Source of the DNA: Amphiscolops sp. MND2022
Taxonomy: Eukaryota
Assembly (NCBI GenBank): GCA_964187785.1
Contig: OZ076409.1
Location: forward strand, 47,494,001-47,558,000
Length of the DNA stretch: 64,000 nt
Direction of reading: 5' to 3'
Within the stretch, counting starts at the first letter, position 1. Each line of letters starts with the position of its first letter. Made by a program: the position numbers and the translations under genes. Positions 49,001 to 61,892 of the stretch are shown here, one piece after another. The notes beneath the pieces were generated by a model. It saw nothing but the letters and a program-made list of their open reading frames with translations, did no database searches and was not told the DNA's origin.

Positions 49001-51143
49001 CTACCGAAAATCCGGAACCAGAAGAAATTTACGAAGAAGAATTTGTGATTAACGCCATCGTGCAACTAGCCACGGTAAACGTCCGCATAAGACGGATTTT
49101 CAACCAATCAGACGGCGAGAACGCGACAAACGAAACAAGCATGCTTGATACGCGCTCGCTAATTGTTACGCGACGCTAATAAACAAACAAAAGCCATATT
49201 GACTCAAATTACCGTGCTAAACAGCTAGATTCAAATACGGAAATCAGCAGCATAAGCAAGCACCATTCAGAAATGAATAAGTACCAAAACAATTGCTACT
49301 TCCGTGTGGAAGGACAATTACGTCATCACTGGGGTGCTGACCAAGAAATTATGGCCATCACCAACAGAAGGGATAAATCACCCGAAACTTCAGAAGTGGT
49401 CACGAGGGGAATAGAAGGAATAGAACTAGCCAAACCCGGAGCAATGAGATTTCGGAGACAAATTACCACAAAGAACAACACAAGATCAAACAAACAGAGA
49501 AGACACCCGCCACGAAAACGAATCATACAGGGACGCCGAATCAACTACTTCAAACAAGTCTGAAGAAGCGGTGGCAACCCACGAACCCGGAGCTTACCCC
49601 GCAAAACCCGTCCAAGAATACCGCGACGGCCCTATTGAAGAGATAGCGGTACACTATGTAAGAATAAACCGCATAGTGGAAGAAAAGGCCAAACGCAACA
49701 AACATTAGGAAGATAATGTTAGATCGCCTGAATTAGACTAATCTTAGACCTGGAAACGCTCATCAAAGAGACGGCAGCCGATGCAGAACTCATCTAATTG
49801 AACTGTTGCCTAGAAGAAAACAACAACAACTTGATTGCCAATGACTACAGTACAGTGGCCAAAAAGCTAACTCATCGCTGGGCATCATCATGGTCGACGA
49901 TAAAATCATTATACTGAAATCCCTGAGATATGCCGCAGTCAACGCCCTACATTTTGGACATCCGGGCATCAAGAAATTGTGCAGCGACGCAACTGTATTC
50001 TGGTGGCCGAACATGCGGGAAGATATTGTAAAGAAATCAAAAATATGCTCAGCCTGCCTAAACGGTGGAAAGAATTTGAAATCTCAAATACCCCAAACCG
50101 AAAAAGAAACAAAAATCGAACCGCCAGACACACCGCGTGAAGAAATCCAATTGGATTTCACCGGAAACCTACACAAAAGAAAATTAACCTCCACACCGTA
50201 TATACTAATTGCGGTCGTCAAAAATAGTCGCTGGCCAGGAACTAAAATTTTCAAAAACACAAATCACGAAACCGTAATAGCATTCTCAAGGAATACATAA
50301 ATGTATACGGAGTGCCAAAACAAATCGAATCGGATAAAGGAGGCGCTTCTGTTTCAAACGAATACAAAGAAATTTGCAAAACACAAAACATTAACTACAT
50401 TTACGGTACCGCCAACTTACATGCTGGCACCGGATTGGTGGAACGCACAATCCAATCACTCAAGAATTTAATCTTAGCTAAACTGGAAGACGGACAAATC
50501 CTCCGCGAAAGCATAAACAGAGCACTATATGTCCTAAGATTCACCAAACACTCCGAAACCAAGAAAACACCGTTTGAAGCACACTTTGGACGCGCCCCAC
50601 AATCTAATCTAAAAAATGCTGTTTCAGTGGATTCCAAAGATCGCTTAGTATATATTACCCGGAACACTCTCGGAGAGATCACTGACCATCTGGTTACGTC
50701 AAAAAAGAAGAAGGTGGAACCGAAATTTTGACAAGGGATGACCTTCTCTCAAACCAAAAAACCGACCAATACGGTAAGTACAAACAAATTCAACTATCCT
50801 TTCAAATTCTACGAGAAAAACTACAAAAAGAATTCTCTGGACAGCAAGTTCAAAAATAAAATCCAAACGACCGTATCGGCAACGGAACATACCATAACTA
50901 CCGATAAGAACAATGTAATACATCGAAAACTAACTTCTAACCCATTACATTTTCAGCTAACAGCAACAGCACCGACGAAACTAATCAACACCCGTCAAAA
51001 CACCGCTGACCAACCTACTTGCTCCAAAACCTTGGATCAACCAAAATACAACGTAACGCCTTGCATTTTCAGCAGAAAAGAGGCACCCAAGCCCACTAAT
51101 CAGGGAAGAAGCGAAGACTGGATAAAGAAAAAAGACCAACCAC
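46024..51143 (+). mobile_element. Ty3/Gypsy copy 3 (5' LTR 46024-46263; 3'-truncated)
   Basis: Internal region near-identical to copy 2; LTR and 5' gag match copy 4. Confidence 0.93.
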
Positions 51144-53326
51144 GAATAAAACACTTCATTGGTTTTATCAACGCTGTAAAATTTCAGTCAATGAATCAAT
51201 CTCAATTCTCATTGGCTGTTTTTAAGAAGTTATGTAATCTTTCCAGCATCGTTTCAGCCGCAAATATCTAATAATATCCGAATTTTTAACCAATCCAACT
51301 TCAGTATAGATCAATTTATTCTATGGAGTGGCGGAGGTAACATTATTCACAATGGGAGGCAAAGTCTTTCTCCAGCAAAGTTCAGAATGCTAATTTTTCT
51401 CAAAGAAAATCTTTTGAAACAACGAATTTTTAACAATTTCTGAGTTCATTGATTTCCACCAACTTTTCAATTATTGAGCTGTCATTGAGTGATCATTGAC
51501 CGAGTTTAATTTTTTCCTCAACCGCATACCCCTATTTGGGAACAACTCGGTCCTTTTTTCGTCCAAAAACAGCAGATTTTTCCAAAAATGATCAGATTTT
51601 TGTAACATATCTTTCGCCCAAATAAAACGTTCAAGTCGATTTGCTCTGTAAAGAAGAGGTTTTGAAGCCCAATCGTTGGTTCACTAGCTTTGAAGCATTT
51701 TGTAAAACTAAATACTATCAGCGTCGATTAAACCCTGGTGCGAGAGAACGCCAGGTAAATTAAACCCTCGATACCTTGTTTATTTGGGCAACAATAAAGA
51801 AAAATTGTAGTCCTTATTTTTTATCACAGCACTGTACGTCATATCCAAATTATATTAAGCTATACACGTTACATGCGATAATAATCAGAGGTGTAAAAAC
51901 TTATATTGTAATGCAATATATTGCAATTAAATACAATTAGTATATTTATTTAGTTGGAGCAAAAATACAATATATTTATTGAAATAAGGCAAATATTGTC
52001 AGAATTCTACAATATATTGCGCAAAAAAATTATTGCAAAATAGCAATAAAATTTCATTTATTATGCATTTTAAACGGACTAGAAGTGAAAGACTATCAAG
52101 GGAGATTTTGTGGACGAAGCTTTGAAAGAACTGGAAGCAACACTTCCTGCCAACAACTTTGACTATTAATTTCGAGAGTGTAGTATTAATTTCTTTATAC
52201 AAATAAACAACATTGGGATGTTTGCCTTGTAAATGAATGTTTCTCTGCCCAATAAAATATTTCACAATGTATTGTTTTACTAAAATATTGCAGGATAATG
52301 AATACAATATATGTATTGCTGCAATTGAATCAAACAATATATTTATTTTTTTTTGAAAAAATATATTTAAATACAATATTTCACACCCCTGATGATAATG
52401 CGAATATCGTTAATTTCTGAGGGAAGAAAATGGTCCTGAGCGGCATTGGAACTCATAGACTGCTACTTAAGAAGCACGAATCCCAATAATTAGACTAAGT
52501 GATAGCCAATCGGCATGATCAAACTCTTTCCAAAGAGTGGAATATTCAGTGTGAGTTCTGTGACCATTACAAAAACTCACCATTCTAACTGTCCAAACCA
52601 AGTCGGGCTTGCTTCATGACAATTGACACGTAGTGGACTCCGAATCAAACAACGACCCCAAAGAAACCTAAACTCTGTAGGTTTTGTCTCAGAAGCGGAC
52701 TTAGGGTTTGATTCGAGAAGCAAGTTTATCAAATGGTTGACTCCATTTCCATATGGAACTTTTCGTCACGCCCACCTAATTAGTATGTAGTTTTCTCTTC
52801 TGAAACTTTTTCATGGAGTATCATATAACAATATGAAGCTCTGAAAAATGCTAAAAATTCTAACTTTTGATAAGTGTTAACGGAATTGGTGTTTTTTTTC
52901 AAAAACCCGTGAATGAGCAGGACAGAAATTTATCGCGCCTTTGTTTGCTTGAGTTCCACGGAAATCTTTTTGTCTGCACGGACTGAAATTTTACATTAAT
53001 TGCATTGCAATGTTTTTTTTTCGCGACAAACCATCATCTGCTTTTTGTAATCTTTTATTTTTATTACTTTGCCAAACTGTTGGAAATTATATTCTCAGAA
53101 AATGTTTCTATAGCCCGCCTTTAGTTCCTACAAAGTTGTGTCATTTTAGTCAGCAATCGACCCAATGACCTTTACATTAGACGGTACCGTAACAGTTTTT
53201 AAATTTGATTCCAAAGAAAAAATTCCCGACCTAACATGATTACGAGCAAAAGTACTAAATATTGGTTTCGACAGAACTGCAAAATGATTCGGTTCCAGTT
53301 GTAACAAGTTGCTTTAATTTCCTCAC

Positions 53327-56300
53327 TGTGACATGCTGCCATCATGGCCTCCACCGTAGATTCAGTTCATACCGTAACATACTGACTTAGACAAAGAGAC
53401 TTGGTCTTGTTTACCAATAAAACTCTAAGTACTGTCATTCTTTGTTATTGTATTGCTACCATCATTATGTTTTGTTACGAAGCTTAGAAATAGATACATT
53501 GATGAATACTGAATTAAAGTCTTAACACAAAGAACTGTTTTAACCGTGAGATGCTAGATTACAAAATGGCGCAGTAGCAAGATTTTATTTTTACCGTGTA
53601 AAACCTATCTTATCCGACAAAAGAAAACAATGACAGCAACCACGATTATACTACTACCCTACCTTGAGGACACCGTACTTGACGGTAAAAAATTATACAC
53701 CCCCAAAGAATGGACCGAACGAATGAGACATTACATCAAACGAATCCACGACATCGATATAAAACAGGCTTTATCCGGCCAGACAATACCAACGAACAAT
53801 GGATGGACGGAAAAAGGACCCATAATAAGACATGATTTTACTTGAGGAGCTGGACCCTCCGCGATAGAGATTATTACAAAAGGAGATTATTACCGATCCA
53901 GACACAATCAACACCGTAAAACTCATAGAACTATTCAAAGACTATTATATGCCTAAACGCAATACCTGCCATAGCCGTGGAGACTTCTTCTGGGCAAAGA
54001 AAGAAGACAATGAAACACCAGAAGACCACTGGCGAAAACTTGTATCGTTGGAAAGGAAAGAAACTGTGAATTCAAAGACATCAAACAAGAAGACCTATTG
54101 ATATCAAAATTTATCACCAGCATCACCGGCAAAAAACTACGGGAAAAACTTATTCGAGAAAAGACTCTGAACCTGGAAACCACCATGGATCTGGAAACCC
54201 AAGACAGCTATGAAAGAAAGCATAAACAATCAACAATACCACCAGCACTCGCGAAAGAAAAAGAAATAAAGAAGAACCGATATAAAAGATACAGCCGCGA
54301 AAAAACAAAATTACCGAAAAAACACCAAAACAACAACAAAGAAAACGAACTGTGGATTCTGCGGGCAACAAAATTGGTCGCCACAACACAAATGCCCCGC
54401 AAAGACGGTGGAATGTAACAATTGCCACAAAATAGGACACTTCGCGAGAGTGTGCCGTAGCAAAACGGACAATACAAGAAAGCAAAGCGTCAACTACCTC
54501 GAAGCAACACACAGCGAAGAGGAAGAAAGTGAACCGGAAGAAATCCAACAAATAACCCAAATCAACAGAATAATACCGGAGAAAAATGACAATTACGGCA
54601 TCAGACTGAAAAACAATGGAAAATACCAAAATTTCACAATCGACATCGGACCTCCGGTCACAATCATGCCAAACAACCCGAATCTATACAACCAAAAAGA
54701 TATGCACCCACTGAAAGAAAAATACCAGGATGTGAACAAGAATGAAATCAATTTCCTTGGGAAAATATCGGCAAACATCGAATACAACGGCGAAACCACA
54801 AAACTACCGATACTCATTACACAAAGAAATGACATTACACCACTACTGGAGGTAAATTGGCTAAAACAATTACCAAATACCATAAACAAAATTTCATTGG
54901 ATGATCACACTAACCAATTAAACAACATCCACACAAAATTCCTGAAATTATTCGAAACGAACCATACAATCAAGAACGCAGAAGTGAAAATTCAGAAAAA
55001 ACCTGGATGCTACCCAGTCCAACAGAAAGCCAGACCAATACCTTACCACCTACAGAAAAACGTAGTAAATGAACTGGACCGATTAATAAAGTCCGGACAT
55101 CTCGAATGACTGGAAACAATCGAAGAACTCTGTTTCGTATCACCCGTAGTAATTACGGTAAAGAAGATAAAACGGTAAAAATCGCATTAGACGCCCGTAA
55201 ACTAAACGACAGCTGCGTGAAAAAAGGCCGCATATGCCAAACATGGAAGAACTACTAAACCAAATATCCGCCGAACTATCAAGAAACGACAACGATCCAA
55301 TCTGGATTTCCGTGAGGGTCTCGATTACGTCTACGGACAAAGGAGACTAGTACCAGAAACCAGCAACACTGCAACTTTGCAGTAACCGGCGAAAATATGA
55401 ACGGCTACTACCGACTCCTAAAGGGATTCTACGGTCCAGCAGACATACCAACAATCTTCCAAGAGAAAAGTGATAGAACTCTGGGACACCAAACACCGGT
55501 TTGGTCGGACGATATCATCATCGTCACCCGTGGAACAAAAGAAGAAGACATCCGAAAACTATATTCGGTACTCTCCAAACTAGAAAACGAAGGATAGAGA
55601 GCAAGCAAAAAAATCAAAATTTTACCAAGAAGCAACAATATGGCTCGAACACACAATATCACAAAACGGCATCAGACCAAACAAGGAAAAAACAGACGCA
55701 ATCAACAAATTGCAACCCCCACAAACACCAAAACATTGAAAACCTTTCTCGGTGCCATACAATATTGCGCAAAGTTCTTACCCAACCTTTCCGAAAAAAC
55801 AGACAACATGAGACGAATACCCAAGAAGGGAACAAAATGGGATTGGACGACGGACCGAAATACGGGTTTTAACAAAATAAAACAAGAACTAACAAAACTA
55901 CCCTGCCTAGCACACTACAACGGAAACAAAGAAAACATCGTTACCACCGACGCTAGTAAAACCGGATTGGGAATAGCACTATGGCAAAAACAAGGAAACA
56001 ACGAATTAAAACCCATTGCATTCGCCAGTCGCTACTTGAACGATGCCGGAATAAATTTTCAATCGGTAAATTAAAATTATTAGCCGTGGTTTGGGGTCTG
56101 GAAAGATTTAGATTCCACCTGTACGGGAAACAAATACAACTATTTTCCGACCACCAAGCACTGGAAGCACTTTTGAAACGAAACAAAGCAAATAAACAAA
56201 ACAGTGCACGACTAACCCGGTGGCTGGATTGACTAAATCACTTCGACATCAGCCTAAAACATACCGCCGGTAAAGAAATCAAGTTCACAGATTTCATCAG

Positions 56301-59151
56301 CCGTAACCCTACCGAAACTCCGGAACCAGAAGAAATTTACGAAGAAGAATTTGTAATTAACGCCATCGTGCAACTAGCCACGGTAAACGTCCGCATAGGA
56401 CGGATTTTCAACCAATCAGACGGCGAGAACGCGACAAACGAAACAAGCATGCTTGATACGCGCTCGCTAATTGTTACGCGACGCTACTAAACAAACAAAA
56501 GCCATAATGATTCAAATTACAGTGCTCAACAGCTACATTCAAATACGGATACCAGCAGCATAAGCAAGCACCATTCAGAAATGATTAAGTACCAAAACAA
56601 TTGCTACTTCCGTGTGGAAGGACAATTACGTTATCACTGGGGTGCTGACCAAGAGATTATGGCCATCACCAACAGAAGGGATAAATCACCCGAAACTTCA
56701 GAAGTGGTCACGAGAGGAATAGAGCTAGCAAAACCCGGAGCAATGAGATTTCGGAGACGAATTACCACAAAGAACAACACAAGATCAAACAAACAGAGAA
56801 GACACCCGCCACGAAAACGAATCATACAAGGACGCTGAATCAACTACTTCAAACAAGTCTGAAGAAGCGGTGGCAACCCACGAACCCGGAGCTTACCCCG
56901 CAAAACCCGTCCAAAAATACCGCGACGGCCCTATTGAAGAGATAGCGCTACACTATGTAAGAATAAACCGCATAGTAGAAGAAAAGGCCAAACGCAACAA
57001 ACATTAGGAAGATAATGTTAGATCGCCTGAACTAGACTAATCTTAGACCTGGAAACGCTCATCAAAGAGACGGCAGCCGATCCAGAACTCATCGAATTGA
57101 ACTGTTGCCTAGAAGAAAACAACAACAACTTGATTCCCAATGACTACAGTACAGTGGCCAAAAAGCTAACTCATCGCCCATCATCATCATTGTCGACAAT
57201 AGAATCATTATACTGAAATCCCTGAGATATGCCGCAGTCAACGCCCTACATTTTGGACATCCGGGCATCAAGAAAATGTGCAGCGACGCAACTGTATTCT
57301 GGTGGCCGAACATGCGGGAAGATATTGTAAAGAAATCAAAAATATGCTCAGCCTGCCTAAACGATGGAAAGAAATTGAAATTTCAAATACCCCAAACCGA
57401 AAAAAAACAAACATCGAACCGCCAGACACACCGGGTGAAGAAATCCAATTGGATTTCACCGGAAACCTACACAAAAAAATTAACCTCCACACCGTATATA
57501 CTAATTGCGGTCGTCAAAAATAGTCGCTGGCCAGGAACTAAAATTTTCAAAAACACAAACGACGAAACCGTAATAGCATTCTCAAGGAATACATAAATGT
57601 ATACAGAGTGCCAAAACAAATTAAATCGGATAAAGGAGGCGCTTCTGTTTCAAACGAGTACAAAAAAATTTGCAAAACACAAAACATTAACTACATTTAT
57701 GGTACTGCCAATTTACACACTGGCACCGGATTGGTGGAACGCACAATCCAGTCACTCAAGAATTTAATCTTAGCCAAACTGGAAGACGAACAAGACCTCC
57801 GCGAAAGCATAAACAGAGCACTATATGTCCTAAGATTCACCAAACACTCCGAAACCAAGAAAACACTGTTTGAAGCACACTTTGGACGCGCCCCCACAAT
57901 CTAATCTAAAAAAATGCTATTTCAGTGGATTCCAAAGATCGCTTAGTATATATTACCCGGAACACTCTCGGAGAGATCACTGATCATCTGGTTATGTCAA
58001 AAAAGAAGAGGGTGGAACCGAAATTCTGACGGGGGATGACTTTCTCTCAAACCAAAAAACCGACCAATACGGTAAGTACAATCAAATTCAACTATCCTTT
58101 CAAATTCTACGAAAAAACTACAAAAAGAATTCTCTGGACAGCAAGTTCAAAAATAAAATCCAAACCACCGTATCGGCAACGGAACATACCATAACTACCG
58201 ATAAGAACAATGTAATACATCGAAAACTAATTTCTAACCCATTACATTTTCAGCTAACAGCAACAGCACCGACGAAACTAATCAACACACGTCAAAACAC
58301 CGCTGACCAACCTACTTGCTCCAAAACCTTGGATCAACCAAAATACAACGGAACGCCCTGCATTTTCAGCAGAAAAGAGGCACCCAAGCCCACTAGTCAG
58401 GAAAGAAGCGAAGACTGGATAAAGAAAAAAGACCAACCACGAAACAACAAGGGACAATTCACATCCCCGAGTAAAAACACCGACAAAGAAGCAGAACTAA
58501 ATCTGAGCATCATTTCGGATGAAGACGATTTTGACTGCTACAATAAATCTGAAGGAAAACCAATACATACGAATATAGACGCCGAATTACAGCTCCTCCC
58601 GAAAGAAAACAATGTAACCCCCGAACATGGTATATATGTCGAAAAATCTAAAACACCAGAACACGTCAGAAAGTCCAAAAGACTTCCCTTCGCAAAACAA
58701 ACCGAAAAATTAGGCGGAGTACCATACTAAACGATTTATAACAAAAAGAAAAATATTAACAACCGTAATTCATTACAGGAAAATACGACAACAACAATGG
58801 ACCGAAACGAAGAAAACCACCGTACAATACGGAAAGACGATGAAGAAATCCGACTATTACGGCCCAACGAAGATAACAAACAAACTTCCACCGGACCACT
58901 CCGGAGGGGGGGATGTGACATGCTGCCATCATGACTTCGACTGTAGATTCAGTTCATACCGTAACATACGGACTTAGACAGAGAGGCTTGGTCTGGTTTA
59001 CCAATAAAACTCTAATTACTGTCACTTTGTTATTGTAATGATACCATCATTATGTTTTGATACGCAGCTTAGAAATAGATACATTGATGAATACTGAGTT
59101 AAAGTCTTAACACAAAGAACTGTTTTAACCGTGAGATACTAGATTACAACA
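53327..59151 (+). mobile_element. Ty3/Gypsy copy 4, full-length but coding-defective (LTRs 53327-53566 and 58914-59151)
   Basis: LTRs of about 240 bp (3' LTR TG...CA) with AATAAA; PBS TGGCGCAG; PPT GGAGGGGGGGA before 58914; 5-bp TSD CTCAC (53322-53326, 59152-59156); domain order gag-PR-RT-RNaseH(TTDASKTGLG)-IN(HFGHPG..CSAC, LDFTG, SDKGG, GLVER). Confidence 0.96.
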
Positions 59152-59868
59152 CTCACAGGGTTTTATTTTTTGCTTCAAAATATGTAAAATAAAATAACAT
59201 TACTTGACTACTGGCTTTGAATTTCAATCTCGATTCAAAGTACTGTAAAAAAGTACAAAATTGTATCTTATCTATTTGGAGTGAATACTTGCGGCAAGTT
59301 TGTTTTAGCAACAGAGCAGAGTTTGTTTTCGATTCTTTTGTTTGTTTTCCCTCTGCGCTATTCTATTTCTATTTGAGAGAAAAAAGTATTGCGGCCGTGG
59401 GACTGCCATGAAAAGGGAAAAGTTTCTAGCGACTCAAAATTTGATATTTTAAATATTGAAAAGACATAAAAAATTGAAAAATACTTGAAACCACTCTAAT
59501 CGAAAGTAGTCTAGAAACCACTTTATCATTGGAAGTATGCTACAAACCAACCATGCTTCTACGCAACGTGCAAAAATTCTGCCACCTCAGAAATTGGAAA
59601 TTTTGGTGTAAAAGCAGGTGTTGTATTGTAGAATCAAAAATAATTGCCACCGTCATTGTTTCGACCGTCAACGTGACATTGTAGGAAATGAATTGCTCAA
59701 CCAATAGAATTTTAGATATCCCCAAAGTGTTCAATAGTTAACCTTTGTTTAATCAGAGTATGAGTCGAGAATCAAGCTCGGTTGTTGCTTGTCACATTTT
59801 TGTCCGTTGGTTTACTAATGAATTTTTCATGAGCAGATTTCAACAAAAGGAGAGAGGTGCTCATAACT

Positions 59869-59981
59869 TTCAAGATTTCTCAGGAATCACCTGGAAGTCA
59901 CTCGAGGCTGCTCACCTCCCTCCATTCAAGATTTCTCAGCAATCACCTGGAAGTCACTCGAAGGTTCTCTTCTCCCTCCAT
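59869..59981 (+). repeat. 56-bp tandem duplication
   Basis: TTCAAGATTTCTCAG(G/C)AATCACCTGGAAGTCACTCGA..CTCCCTCCA at 59869 and 59925. Confidence 0.85.
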
Positions 59982-60236
59982 TAATAGCCAAGGAGACAGG
60001 TGTAGCTGGTTGAAAAACCGTTATCCCTCTCGCAGAGGCGAATTCCAAAAATCTTTATTCGATTGTTCCTCTCATCAATAATTAACGAGCATCAGGTGAA
60101 TTCATCTCTATAACATTCTTATTTGACGCAGCAGTAGCACCAAGCAACTTGGTAAGGCAGCAGCAGAGGAGACCAAGCTGCAATTTGCACAAACAAAATC
60201 TATATAAATTTGTTATTGTTATATGATTATGAAATT

Positions 60237-61892
60237 ATGTCTGCTGTACCAGCCAAGCTATCAAACGAAGACGAGTTTGATGTTTATTTTGACCAAGTCC
60301 GATTCACCCTGGATAATTGCCCCTTGATGAAGGTGGCCGCCAAAATCATGTTTTCCGGTCACACTTTTCCGGAGTTGTCAGCTTTTCCTGACACCAGATC
60401 AGAAACCCGGAGTCTCACTTTGTACCCCAACAAGTTCCGCGTGAACAAAGAACACAACGCCTTGAGACCAGACTCTTCTTTGCTGATACGCGTCACTGGA
60501 ATCGACCGGAACACTAACCAGTTATGTTTGGTGGGTATGGGTGCCCTGGGTTTGTATGACAGCCGAAACTGCACTCTTAAAACTGGTGGACACCAAATAA
60601 GGATATTTCAAGGAGAAATGGATAGGAGTAAGTCCCCGAATGAAAACAGCTTCTCCATTGACTCTGCCGTTCCTTGTGTAACAGTGACACTACGTTTAGA
60701 GCCACACAGCGAAGAAATGATGCCTCCTCCAAAATATTCCAGTGGATACTATCGTCGAGGAAACTTTTTTTGCACTGACAGTGAGAATAATCTTTTAAAT
60801 TACTACAGAAAACATAGCAGCAATTTACCAACCAGGATCAAAGCGCTTTGTATGCTGGTGCAGAAAGAAGATTTGGCTAAATTGAGTCCTGAAAAACTTG
60901 AAGACGATTCACTTTTAGATGAAAGCGATTTAACATCCCGATCTACCGATTTGGATTATCAGACTTGGATAGAGCAGAGACTACATAAAAATCACCCAGC
61001 CAACAACGCTGGACCTTTGAAGCCCATTTCGCTGGTCAAAATCACCGGATACGATCCAGATTTTGGACTATCTTTTGGATTCCACCAAATTTTCAATGTT
61101 GATGTCAAGCGACGTTACACGCAGATAGTTTGCGCGATAATGAGCGGAGAAACAGATCTGGTACAACCCAAAGTTTTGGTGACTTCTAAACATGATTTCG
61201 ATACGAACATGAATGATCAAGAATGGATAAAGCAAAGTCCAGGAATTGTCAAAACTCCCTTAATCCCAAGTGCCAAGGCTTTATTCCTGATTGTAAGTTT
61301 TGACGCAGACTACATCCCCGACGAAAACTATGAGAACCTCGGAAGTGTGAAGCCTAAAGGAACTTCCAAAGGTGGAGGTTTTGGACAGGATAACTTTATA
61401 GGTTGGTCGCTTCTGGATATCTTTACACCTAGTGGGTGTGTTAACTCTGGACTGTACTTCCTTCCAGTTTTCACTGGAGCTCCACCCCTGACAAACAAAA
61501 GTGTACGGAATATGCCGTCTCAGAAATGGATAGATGGAAGCCTGGCCCGTGCCAAAATATCTATGCCTGAGAACAAAGGGGTTCTTAGGGTTGCTTTCAA
61601 CAGTGGTATTGATCCTAACCCAAAAAAAGTTGTTCCAGATAAATCTGCTCTGGAAGCATTTGGAGACGAAATGGGCATACAATTCGAAGGATGTATTAAC
61701 AAGCCTAAGGAAAATGCAGGTCCCAAATTGTCCGGAAAAGTTGTAGCTAGTTTGCCAAAAAGCGAGGTGAGACTCGGAACAAATTCGGGTTTGTATCAGA
61801 AGGCCCAAAACGCATACGAGGCTACCATGCATCAGCATTTCATAGAGCAACTGAAACTAACTTTCAAAATAGATGACGTCATTGAAATTTAG
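60237..61892 (+). CDS. Uncharacterised protein (about 551 aa from the ATG at 60237), probably tandem C2-like domains, CCDC17-related; may be the terminal exon of a longer gene
   Basis: Long open frame with globular composition; motifs FDVYFDQVRFTLDN, GGHQIRIF, PKYSSGYY, GYDPDFGL and GWSLLDIF..GLYFLPVF resemble CCDC17-type C2 modules from memory (not searched). Possible acceptor TACCAG at 60247-60252 and upstream donors near 60096 and 60152. Confidence 0.75.
   Translation: MSAVPAKLSNEDEFDVYFDQVRFTLDNCPLMKVAAKIMFSGHTFPELSAFPDTRSETRSLTLYPNKFRVNKEHNALRPDSSLLIRVTGIDRNTNQLCLVGMGALGLYDSRNCTLKTGGHQIRIFQGEMDRSKSPNENSFSIDSAVPCVTVTLRLEPHSEEMMPPPKYSSGYYRRGNFFCTDSENNLLNYYRKHSSNLPTRIKALCMLVQKEDLAKLSPEKLEDDSLLDESDLTSRSTDLDYQTWIEQRLHKNHPANNAGPLKPISLVKITGYDPDFGLSFGFHQIFNVDVKRRYTQIVCAIMSGETDLVQPKVLVTSKHDFDTNMNDQEWIKQSPGIVKTPLIPSAKALFLIVSFDADYIPDENYENLGSVKPKGTSKGGGFGQDNFIGWSLLDIFTPSGCVNSGLYFLPVFTGAPPLTNKSVRNMPSQKWIDGSLARAKISMPENKGVLRVAFNSGIDPNPKKVVPDKSALEAFGDEMGIQFEGCINKPKENAGPKLSGKVVASLPKSEVRLGTNSGLYQKAQNAYEATMHQHFIEQLKLTFKIDDVIEI

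Larger units (their letters stand above)
29081..58440 (+). repeat. Four-copy head-to-tail tandem duplication: 29081-36566, 36567-43840, 43841-51143, 51144-58440
   Basis: Each unit carries MITE, Tc1 fragment, hAT MITE, flank, Gypsy 5' LTR and internal region. The same junction (..GACCAACCACGAA|TA..CTTCATTGG) occurs at 36567, 43841 and 51144; the ORF track repeats at a 7303-bp offset. Confidence 0.97.

Noticed and set aside
32078..57897. Many hydrophobic minus-strand ORFs antisense to the Gypsy copies
   Set aside because: By-product of the strong A/C bias of the plus strand, which leaves few antisense stops; no evidence for env or antisense genes.
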